Below, in pieces: positions 1 to 10,700 of a stretch of 64,000 nucleotides of DNA; within the stretch, counting starts at the first letter, position 1, and each line of letters opens with the position of its first letter. The notes beneath the pieces were generated by a model. The model was given only the letters and a program-made list of their open reading frames with translations. It ran no database searches and had not been told where the DNA came from. The position numbers and the translations under genes were made by a program. This DNA comes from Owenia fusiformis (lineage: Eukaryota): NCBI GenBank assembly GCA_903813345.2, contig CAIIXF020000001.1, positions 9,734,001-9,798,000 of the forward strand. The letters run 5' to 3'.

Positions 1-1797
1 ACTGGTAAAATTAACATTAAGCAATTATAAACTCTATTGTCTGGTTGTTATGAATGGAATTAGAATCATTCCTGTGAGGCAGACAGATGTTTTCAAATAG
101 GCGCATTTCATCATCTGGGCGCACCTTTAGGTCCAACTGGGTGCGCCGCATGGAGAAAAGTGGCTGGGGATATCATACCACCCCTATTAAGTATTAACTG
201 TTCACCTCATTTAAATACCGCTATAAATACATGTATGGTTATGCCAGGGATCGATTGTATAATTGCCTGCTGCAATCACTGTGAAAATGAGATGTGTGAG
301 GCTGATCCGAGAATTATAAGTCTTAATTAACACAAGTTTCAAAAAAATTGATCAAATTAAATTATATTAGATTCAGAATGAAAGTGCCCCATCCATATTT
401 CATATTCAATTTAAAATATTTACTGCATTAGGCAAGTACATATATAGTCCTTTTTATTGAAATTCTCTCAAAGTGTTCATATTTTGTCTGTACTAACTCA
501 TCAAAACTTTCACCTGTTGATGAATATGACATTGATATAACAGTGTCTACTGAATGATAATAGAAAATCTCAAGTACTTTTAAAGGGCACCTACTCATTA
601 TTTCTTAGGAAATTCTGTTTTATTGATGTCTTAAACAATGGTTGCATGGCAATAGTTTCATCTAAATATAGCTTGCTTTTCTAATGAATAAAGAATACAA
701 TATAGAACAAAGTAATCAATGATACAGAATTTCTAATATAGAATGCAACAGAATTTCTTATTGCAATTTAAACATAAGCTGGACCAGTTAATTTTTTAGA
801 AACAGGGGTGCTTAGTTACAATTGATGTCCTGTGAAAACTATTTAGAATATATTATTTATCAAAATGTTATAATCAGGAAAAAGAAATTATTGATTCGAT
901 GCTGAAGTCTGCAGAAAAATTGTAAAAACCTAGTTGGAAAATCATGACATTGACTGATGACTAAGAGGGACAATAACTCCAGGATTCAAAGAAGACATTT
1001 ATAATATAAATCTGTATTGAGAAGACATCCTCGCTGATTGGTCACCTAGACAGACAAACAATGGCAGTTTCAAAATTGTCTAAACACACTTCGAATAATA
1101 TTATATTAATTTCTGGCATGTTAATTAATATCATACCTTGTTATTTTACATCAAGATAAAAAAAGATGTAAGTAATATGCTAACATCGATTAAAATATCA
1201 AGACAACATGTTGTATTCATAAACTAGCCGGAGAAAATTCTGACAAATGAAGGTGGTAAAGAAGAGACGTAATTATGTGTGTAATCTCTTTAAGTTCTGG
1301 GGTTTTTCCTACTCTTGCATTGACTGAAATCACAACATTGGTGATAAAGCATCACCCGTTTACAAGAACAATATTGCTCAACCAGTTCATTATAACAAAA
1401 TGAAATGCAGACAAATAATCATTTATCCGCATAAACTGACAAATTAACGCACTGAAATGCTCTAAGCTGATTGGCTGAGACACACTTGGTATGTTCGAAT
1501 AGCTTGTAACAACCCTGAAATTGTTGAGCTTGTGTACATGCAGCTAATTAACATTGCAACCAAAAGGTTGTAAATATCAACTACAAACAATTACCGGGAT
1601 TACAAAAATATTTGCTGATTAACAAATATTACTAATTCAGCAGACATGTCCCCAATAGTCGTAACTGATAGGACTTATTACAATCTCGAGAAGTAAAATG
1701 CTTATGCTATTACATATCGCTGGTAATTTGGATAAATAGGACATCGTAAAAGGGAAACACAAAGTTGAATAATTAAATAAGTTTGGAAAAGGGCAAA

Positions 1798-3162
1798 ATG
1801 AAAAAGAAAACATTGGGACTCTTTTTCCTGACTTGTAACATTGCAGTATGTTTATTACTATACATGATATTGCAAATACACAAGTTTGGAAAACAAATTC
1901 ACAACATCGATAGTAACAGATATACACATGACTTAAGCGGCTCATCATATCAAAAACCTGCTGTCGTATATCCGCGGATTAATCAAGATTTTATTTACCG
2001 AACTTTGCAACTTGAAGACAGTGTGAATCTTTATTTTAACACCATTGGTGATGCTATATGTTACACAGAAGGCACCACCAAGATAAGCATTGAAGATAAA
2101 ACTTGTGTATGCAGAAATGACTATAGTGGAAATGATTGTGGAATACCAAAAGCAGTGGCGGATGCACCCTCATACTCAACACTGAAATCAAAACTGAGAC
2201 GCCGGCTGAAGCCAAGGCGAGTGGTAATGGCTTTTACATTTAATCATGAGTTTGATCAGCTTGAGGCACGACTACATGAGCACTACAAACATGTTGATGT
2301 GTTCTTAGTTGTCGAATCAAATTATTCCTCGCATGGTGATCCCAAACCATTGAGACTCCTAGAGAAACTTAAGAATGGATACCTTGCAAAATATATTCCA
2401 AAGTTATTATATATTTTCTTAGATACATTTTCTCCCTCAGGGAGAATAGACGGTTGGGCTGCAGAAAATCATATTAAGAATTCTGCCTCTATTTTGGGAC
2501 TTCCTAGACTGAACCAAACAAGACCAGATGACTTGTTCCTATTTTCTGATGCTGATGAATTGGTCTCAAAGGAAGTAGTAATATTTCTAAAACTTTATGA
2601 CGGCTATCCAGAACCAATGTCATTTTCACTGAGATGGTCAACATATACATTTTATTGGAAAAATAAGGTCAACACAGTAGTTACATCTGCTTGTTCATTG
2701 AATATGCTGAGGAGGCTCTTGGAGAATAAGTCAAACAATATACGAGCAGCTGCCAGAGAACTGTCGTCATCTAAAAACCTTAATAATGTCATGAGATATC
2801 GCAAGCTATACGGTGATGTGGGCATTTGGGTGGTAGGGTCCACAATGCACCCAGCTGGTTGGCACTGCTCCTGGTGTTTCAGCCCTAAAGATATCTTAGT
2901 GAAACTTACATCAGCAATAAATGCTGATTTCCCAAGATGGGGTGATTATCCAGAAAAGAGGAACCTCACTTATATTTCTAATTTAGTTAGGACTGCTACA
3001 TGGTTTGATGGGAAAAAATTATCAAATAGACCTGTAGTACAAGTTGACAAATATTTCGCACCAGCATTTTTCTTGGAACAATCTGAAGTGTTTAAAGATT
3101 TGATACATCATAATATGACAAACAAAAACATAACATCAGGGATATACAAGAAGAATGTATGA
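1798..3162 (+). CDS. Beta-1,4-mannosyl-glycoprotein 4-beta-N-acetylglucosaminyltransferase-like protein (GT17/MGAT3 family), single coding exon
   Basis: ATG at 1798 (the track's 1783 start is TTG). Short basic tail plus TM anchor (type II), EGF-like CVCRNDYSGNDCG, and GT17 motifs FNHEFDQLEARLHE, VVESNYSSHGDPKPL, DDLFLFSDADE and AGWHCSWCF. MGAT3-like family member; orthology not established. Confidence 0.9.
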   Translation: MKKKTLGLFFLTCNIAVCLLLYMILQIHKFGKQIHNIDSNRYTHDLSGSSYQKPAVVYPRINQDFIYRTLQLEDSVNLYFNTIGDAICYTEGTTKISIEDKTCVCRNDYSGNDCGIPKAVADAPSYSTLKSKLRRRLKPRRVVMAFTFNHEFDQLEARLHEHYKHVDVFLVVESNYSSHGDPKPLRLLEKLKNGYLAKYIPKLLYIFLDTFSPSGRIDGWAAENHIKNSASILGLPRLNQTRPDDLFLFSDADELVSKEVVIFLKLYDGYPEPMSFSLRWSTYTFYWKNKVNTVVTSACSLNMLRRLLENKSNNIRAAARELSSSKNLNNVMRYRKLYGDVGIWVVGSTMHPAGWHCSWCFSPKDILVKLTSAINADFPRWGDYPEKRNLTYISNLVRTATWFDGKKLSNRPVVQVDKYFAPAFFLEQSEVFKDLIHHNMTNKNITSGIYKKNV

Positions 3163-3787
3163 TCATATTTTTATCTTGACTACAAAACTAAAGATGCTTT
3201 TTTGGTTTGACTGGAGGTTGAAAATTTTTTAGCTTTACTGTCTTAAGCCTATCTTGATTCAAAAGGTTTCACCTGCTCCAACTTCACCTGTAACATGCTT
3301 CTAAGTAGGTATTTCTCAAAATGGCCACCTATTAGGCAAAGTGTTAGACAATGTGCCATGCTTATGAGTATCAAAGATGAACAAAATCACTCTACAACTT
3401 TTGGAGATATAGTTAAGTGTCATCAACAGCTACCTTTTGCATACGTTTGACTTAGTTCGCTTCTTCACTCTTTCAGTTGACAATAAATCTCTGAAATCTC
3501 CAAGCCATTGAGAGTTCGTCATCCAAATACAGACGATTTTCTATATATGGTAATTTACTCTGACATTATCGCATAGTTATGAGCACGCATTTAGCATGTG
3601 TTCCTTCCAGCTCACTGATTGGTTAGAAGAACAGAACATGATACATAAATTTATGAAATAAATATTGTAACAACACATATTCCACTTCCAAATGGGCCAT
3701 AGATATGTAAAAATCATGCTTGGTTCAAGGGTATTTCAATTGTTTCACTTAGCAAAGCAATGCCTGGTCTTTATACCACAGATAATG

Positions 3788-4184
3788 AGGGCTCCCCAAG
3801 AGGGAGTAGTGGGGTCGCTTTTGTCACTTTTAAGATTTCAAAATTCTCACTTTGTCACATTTAAAATTTACTTGTCATATTTTGTCAGATTCATTCCTTT
3901 TTAGTCAGTCAAAGTATTTAATGCACTAAATAGTCTGCTATGTTACATTGTTTGATTACTGGTTAGAATAAGTCATCTTAACTAGCATCAATTTTCATTC
4001 AGAACGAATTATCTATTTTTGTCACTCTCAAAACACTTGTCAGTCCGATAAATATGCAAAATTGTCACTTGCAAGGATTAAGGATTGATTTGTCACATTT
4101 GTTCATTTTTAAGTACCCCAAAGTTCCATTTAGTCACATTTTTAGAGGCCAGGTCACCTTATCACATACCCCTTGGGGAGCCCC
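3788..4184. mobile_element. MITE with 13-bp TIR and 6-bp TSD
   Basis: AGGGCTCCCCAAG (3788-3800) vs CTTGGGGAGCCCC (4172-4184); ATAATG on both flanks (3782-3787, 4185-4190); internal repeated TTGTCAC motifs. Confidence 0.7.
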
Positions 4185-4188
4185 ATAA

Positions 4189-5343
4189 TGGGAAGTTCTC
4201 CATATATATATACTGGTTACTCTAGGTTTGGCATCTTGAATCAGAAAAAACTGGAGCAAGTTTAAAAAACATTGTTTCCAATTTGGTTCATTATTTGACC
4301 GATTAAGCCAGTTTGAGGTGAGAAAAAAATTATATTTTTCCTAAAGTGTTAAGTTCATACATGGGCTTTCAACTAGACATATTTTAGGGTGTGCCAGGAG
4401 AATCATGTAAACAAAACAAGTCAAAAATAATTCTTTAATTTACCCTATTCTTCTTATTTCAAACATCTATCCGCACTTGTAGTGTAACCTATAAATAACA
4501 TTGGGGGCTTCTGTTATGCTAATGATAACCCCTTGCACTGATAGTGGGAAGTCCTCCATCTAGGAGGTATATACACCAGGTAATGTTACTTAAAATTAAA
4601 AAAATATGGTCACCTGTCCTCTAGATTCAATTTTTGAATGAATCGTAGCATAATGTACAGATTATTTGATATCATGCTATTCTTGAAACATTTATACGCA
4701 AAAATAACTGGGTCGCTCACCTCTTATGCCTATATGTGTTCAGTAATCATCAATTCTCGTGAGTAAAATTTCTCCAGGCCATTGAAAGTTCCGCTCAGTA
4801 AATTGACAATTTCTACTGCGCATGTGTCATAAAAACCCAGCGAAAATTTTTGGGAACACTATTGCGTTTTCTACCTTTTTTCCGGCATTTTTGGCATCAT
4901 AAAGTAATTCTCGAAGAAGAGTTGTCTTAGCAGTTCCTGCTTGACCTACAATGCAAACATTATGACCAGCAGCAACTAAATCCTTGACATTTTCCCGTGG
5001 TAAATTCACAAACTGAGCCATGTTTCCGGGTACCGTTGTGCGCATGCGCGCCTTTGCGTGATTTGCTTTATTCTCGCGAGATCCGGCGCTCCGTCCCCTT
5101 AAATTTTTATTTTGAACAACCATTATGATTTGGTGCATTATCTGACCAATAAAGCAGATTTGGAGGTATGAATATTTTTTTTATTTTTCTGTTTAGTGTT
5201 TTCTACAGGCCCTATGTGTCTCAGGATATTTGTTTAACGAAAACTAGACAAATAATTTATTTTAAAAATACATATTTTTTATTTTGGATGGAAGCTGCGT
5301 AACCTGAGAAATAATATAATAGTAATATATGGAGGACTTCCCA
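4189..5343. mobile_element. Non-autonomous TIR element with TAA TSD carrying a helicase-like gene fragment
   Basis: TGGGAAGTTCTCCATATAT at 4189 vs ATATATGGAGGACTTCCCA ending at 5343 (1 mismatch); TAA at 4186-4188 and 5344-5346; an internal copy of the end motif near 4545. Confidence 0.7.
4870..5021 (-). pseudogene. Truncated PIF1-like (SF1B) helicase N-terminal fragment
   Basis: MAQFVNLPRENVKDLVAAGHNVCIVGQAGTAKTTLLRELL resembles the PIF1/RecD-type N(V/I)F(I/F)TGxAGTGKS Walker A region, with a degenerate G->A. The ORF stops soon after. Confidence 0.55.
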
Positions 5344-5982
5344 TAACCGTGCCCCTATGCATAAAACGTTGCGAGAATTTGACACAAAGCTGAATTCTAT
5401 CTAAATAACCACCAATCCAGCTTATTTTCAACAGCAAGATTTCAATACACAAGTATTTGTGGGGTGACTCACAGATATTGGCCAGATTAATTTGTAGTAG
5501 GATCTCATAGGCTCAAAGAATAATTCACAAGATACGACTATAAATTGGAAAATTTCAAAAAAATATGACCACCTTTTAAAAATGTTTCTTATACAAAATG
5601 GTACCTGCTTCCCCATGACAGATTTTGCACTCATTTTATAGCTGAGATCTTCATCTTTCTATTTCTACTTGTTTGGTTCGAGTAAATAACCTATGGATGC
5701 AGTTATCTGACTTTTAATACGGCGAATATTTTTCACGAGATCCGGACTCTTGTGTGTCCAAATATCATTGTACTGATGACGTCACATTTCTGGAACCACG
5801 GGAGCACCATTCAGATTTGGACAGACAAGAGTCCGGCGATAAAGTATCACTGTTTTGGCCTCTTATCAACGCAGACTTGCTTGAATAACGGTCATTGGTG
5901 ATAAAAAAAGTTAAAGAATAACAAGATGCTTCGAATGAGGTATGATTTGTCTCATATTTTTCAGAAATGGCTCCATAATTGT

Positions 5983-7230
5983 CATTTTAAAATTTGAAAT
6001 TTTCTGAGGTGTCTCATCTTGAGGAATATTTATTGAGCTACTGATCCTGCTTACAAAAGAGTGAAGACGAAGCTCTCTTTTAAGAAGTGAAGTCAAACAA
6101 ATGCAAAGGGTAACGATTCTGTTGTCCTCTAAGCTATTTTTTCGCAAACATGTACATTTTCAAAAACATATGATACTGATACACGTTTGTGAGAAAGAAT
6201 GTCGTGGGGAATCTGCCTACAACGCGTGAAATAAGGAAAAAGAAAAATCGTACCTTCGACGTTCCGACAAACCTTTTCGCTAACCAGTGTAATCAAGAGG
6301 ATCCCCAGTATATAGGATGTATGATATAAATTAGAAAATGTACTGATCTCACTTGAGAATGAAGATATTCTAATTCTCATTGTCTGAATTTAAAAATGTT
6401 TAAATAATATGCAGTAACTGTTTCAGAGAAAAATGTCATATTTGTTAATTTTAATGATTCTTCATGTTTTTGGGGAAATCATGTTTTACTGTTCCAGAAA
6501 GGAAGAGGAGTTCTATGAAAGCCATGACACTGTAGAGAAAGTTATACCCTTAACAAGAGCATACCAAAGTTTTCCTTATCTTAGCATTAAGCATTATATA
6601 GGATCACAAATACATTGCAAATATGAAAGTCAGAAAAACCTGTATACAGCTAGCTGTAGCATACTTTGTTCTGTTGGCTGGGATTAAATTTCGAAATAAT
6701 AAACATGACCGAGATTTGGTGTGAGACAAGTCCATACACAAAATACTCAAGAAATACATGTACATTAACTGACTTATTACCGCCTTTTAAAAGACTGAAA
6801 GACACTCCACCCTTATACCCCTATAGAATACTCCCCCACAGACTACCACCACCACCCCCTATTATTAACCCCCCCCCCCCTTCATAATGCCTTTGCAAAT
6901 ACCCCCCCCCCAGAATATTCCATGGTCAATACCCCCCCCAGAATTTTTTCGGTCTCCTACCCCCCCCCCCAGAATTTTTCGGTCAACACCCCCCCCCCAG
7001 AATATTTTGGTCTCCTACCCCCCCCCAGAATTTTTCGGTCAACACCCCCCCCCCCAGAATTTTTTGGTCTCCTACCCCCCCCCCCCCAGAATTTTTCGGT
7101 CAACACCCCCCCCCCCCCCAGAATTTTGCATCCATACCCCACGTACATTTTTTAAATGGAATGGCCCATTTTAAAATTTGAAATTTTCTGAGGTGTCTCA
7201 TCTTGAGGAATATTTATTGAGCTACTGATC
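5983..7230. repeat. 64-bp direct repeat pair (5983-6046 and 7167-7230)
   Basis: CATTTTAAAATTTGAAATTTTCTGAGGTGTCTCATCTTGAGGAATATTTATTGAGCTACTGATC occurs twice. Confidence 0.9.
6868..7140. repeat. C-tract minisatellite (alternating C8-13-AGAATTTTTCGGTCAACA / C8-13-AGAATTTTTTGGTCTCCTA units)
   Basis: About 8-9 units of roughly 26-31 nt, visible directly. Explains the Pro-rich and Gly-rich spurious ORFs. Confidence 0.95.
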
Positions 7231-7749
7231 TTACTACAAAAAAATCTGGCCGGGATCTATGGGGTGACTTGAAACATCAACCCCACATTTATGGGAAGGA
7301 TAAATAAAAACATCATCTTTTCCAAACCCGGAAATGCCAAAGCTTTTGATTTTAAATTTGACAGGATTTATTTTGCCAATAAATCCTATCTATCTAATAA
7401 CTTTAAACTGTACAAATTTGACTCCTGTTTGTAGATAAATACTTTATCTTTTGAAATATAGCGGTATATATATGATATTCATGATATTAAATTACTTACA
7501 CTATAACATTCCAACGGATCTCCGGCTGTATGGGTAGCCATTTTGAAATTCTGATTAGGTTTCTACGAGATGTACATTTTGGTAACTATCTTTAGACTGA
7601 AAAATCGACTGATATAGCACAATATGAATTATATCTTCATGTAAAATTATACAAATATTTTAATAAATACATCTGATCAGAAATTAGTTTGTTGAAATTA
7701 TTGACTGATGTATTACGTAAGTGCTACTAAAATTGTTGCTGGTTGTCGA

Positions 7750-7758
7750 CCGGAAGTG
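7750..7758 (+). promoter_or_regulatory. ETS/GABP-like motif CCGGAAGTG just upstream of the ABCF3 start
   Basis: CCGGAAGTG ends 12 nt before ATG 7771; typical of housekeeping promoters. Confidence 0.45.
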
Positions 7759-7770
7759 ATTTCATCCAAC

Positions 7771-10700
7771 ATGTTTTCAGAAATTATTTCCAGTCATTTT
7801 CCCGAAATAGACAGTGAATACTTGGATTATGTTACTGGTAAGTATTGTATATGTGTAGAGTTATACTTTAGTAATATGTTGTATCTTTAAATTTTCAACT
7901 AAATCTATAAATATAAAAGTTTTTATTGATACAAAAATTGACTTCATCATTGAGATCAGAAAAATTTTCATTCATTCATTCATTGCACAATACTTAGCAA
8001 TTACCAGAGGTTTTTGGCCTATATAAAGGTGGCAGAATTATATTAACCATTCTTTTTCTGGTATTCTAGAGATTTCCTATGTACTTTTTGAATTCCAATT
8101 TATGCCCCAAAAACGTGACTCTCAATGGGGTTTGTGTAAAAAACTGGGTACCTTACGTTCCTACCAGGGTTAGTAATTTGATTTTTTCCCCTCAAAAAAG
8201 CTGAACTGACCTACTCAACGTATAAGTCATACAATCAAGCAAACAACCGACCAAGCAACCAACTACTACTTTTTGCAAGGCCTGACTTCGTCGCTAACAT
8301 GCTAAATATAAGAGTTAGCTGACGTTTGGGAGTCTGACTTACCTTCTAAAGGTTAGAACCCGAATCTTAATGAAACCATATCACCTTTGTTCCGTCAACC
8401 ATGGAGCATTTGCCACAACATCCAAGAGGTAAATCATGGACCGAGAAAATGAATGATTTCCTTGTAAGTTCCGGAAGTTTCAATACGAAAAATTACTGAA
8501 CATATATGAAAACCGAATATTTGTTCGTTGTTTTCACGATTTACAGGTTCGTATGTTCTTCAATGTTTTGGTCTAAATTATAAAGCATCACCAACAGGTC
8601 TTACTCTATTAATGGACTAATACAGCAGACGGTTCATATTTCTACGTAGCATTTCGTTCAGACAAATAGTGGGACTGTAGATCACGCAGTTTCGTTCGTT
8701 GCGTACTTCACTCGAAATTGGTAATTTTATATTGGCTACTTCACTTAGCTTGGCGGATGTAGAACATTGCTTAATATTCTTTTAATTTTCACACCAGACA
8801 TGCTTGGTTGACACGTCAACAAAGTAAAGTTCAAGGGTCAATGCGTTATTTCGTGATAACTACAACGCCTTCCCGAAAGTCAACATTGATGAAAAATGAA
8901 AAAGTCGGAAAAGCATTTACACTAATTTCTATCAAATGCTATGTTTATGCATCATCATCGACGCAACAAAGGTGATATGGTTTCATTAAGATTCGGGTTC
9001 TAACCTTTAGAAGGTAAGTCAGACTCCCAAACGTCAGCTAACTCTTATATTTAGCATGTTAGCGACGAAGTCAGGCCTTGCAAAAAGTAGTAATCTACCA
9101 AGAAACCAACCGGCAAAACAAACATCAACATTCTGTCAGTCACTCAGGCAATAAAAACAAGCAACTAAAGTTGTATTGTACGTCATAAGTTAATTGATAG
9201 ATTATAACAGCAATAAAGTATCGATTTATATATTAGATATAATATGGACAATGGACATGTCTTGTATATTTATCAGTAGTGCTGTTTTAGAAAAAGGAAA
9301 TGTAGATTTTAAAAGTACCACTTCAATGTCCTTTGGGAACCTGAAAGAAAAGTTTAAATAAATTTGTCTAGGACAACCATTGACATATACCAAGGTTATT
9401 GCAGTTTTGCTTTTTAAGGTGAAGATGAAGTTCTAAAGATGTCTGAAACAGGAAGCGCATGTTTTTCAGTATATTTTTCAGTGTTAGTCCATCAAAATTT
9501 ATGCCTTTCAGTTTATCTTTGCTTCAATTTTGTTGGTTCCATCTATCATTTATTTTGATTTGACTAAGCTCACTATGGTAATAGGGAAAGAAACACTGAA
9601 CATATTGAAATAGGAATTTTAGTCCTCTGAAGATATGACAGATAAATGGAGAAAAAGAATACTGTGGGAAAGGACCATGAACAATATTTTGAAATTTCTT
9701 AGAAATGTCACTAAAGTAAACCCCCAAAACAAGCGAGCTTTAGAATTTTTTACTAAGAAGTGTTCATTTTCCTTATTTTGGGCGCTATTTTTGTTAAAGG
9801 CAATTTCATTTTTCCACTTTTATTATTTGTTGAAAAACATTTTGACAAATAATAGCTTTGTATAAAATTCTTACTTTCGTTCAATCTGTTAATTCAGGTA
9901 TCCTCTCTGAAGGCAGTGATGAATTTTCATCATCAGATGATGTCTACGAGGCTGTTGGGGAGGTGCTCCAAGGCTTGGATGATAAGCCAGATGATGACAT
10001 TGAGAAACTCTGCAAGGAGCTCTTCAACATGATGAAAGAGTGAGCACATTAAAATATTACAAACTGGCTCACAAACTTTCAAATAACTAAATGCATCAAT
10101 AACATCATCATATGTTTCCTCTCATATATTTTTCCTGTTTTGGTTGCTTTGTTTAAAGGCCCCATATAAAGTTTAAACCACCTTGGCTTATACAGAATAT
10201 ATTAAGTAGTCTTGCCCAACATCTCTAAAACAACTTTTAAAGGCATGAAAATAGTAAATGAACTTATTTTCAACATTACACAGGGCCTTTAAAGGTAATT
10301 TCTGGTGAGAAATGCATCCGTATCAACTAAAACAATGGCTCTCAGTAATCTTAATTCAGTTCTTTGTTCAGCCAAAGTAAAAAGGTTATTAACTTTGTAA
10401 ACAGGATTATAATGCATGGAAAAGGTTAGTTAACAATTCTGTTGTTTTTCAGTGATAAAAAGGCCAGTAAAGGTCCAGTACGGATCCTAGATGCCCCAAT
10501 GCAGATGGGAAGTTTAACTGATGCAGGGAATGGTACAGGAGATGATCATAGCATATGGATTGCTAAAAAGGATACTTCCTCGGTACTTTTAATGGCATAT
10601 ATATTAATTACAGGTTTTTAAAAACATATTTATAACCCTTTATCAAGTTTAGTCATCTATGAAAAACTGTATAATGAACCTTTAAAAAATTAAAATAGTT

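Noticed and set aside
1783-1797. TTG start for the glycosyltransferase (also 26608 for the membrane protein)
   Set aside because: Eukaryotic gene; in-frame ATGs are available downstream (1798 and 26647).
6900-7140. CRISPR-like repeat/spacer appearance
   Set aside because: The spacers are themselves repeated, the context is eukaryotic, and there are no cas genes.
6887-7174. Proline-rich/extensin-like ORFs
   Set aside because: Open in several frames only because of the C-tract minisatellite; no splice or start context.
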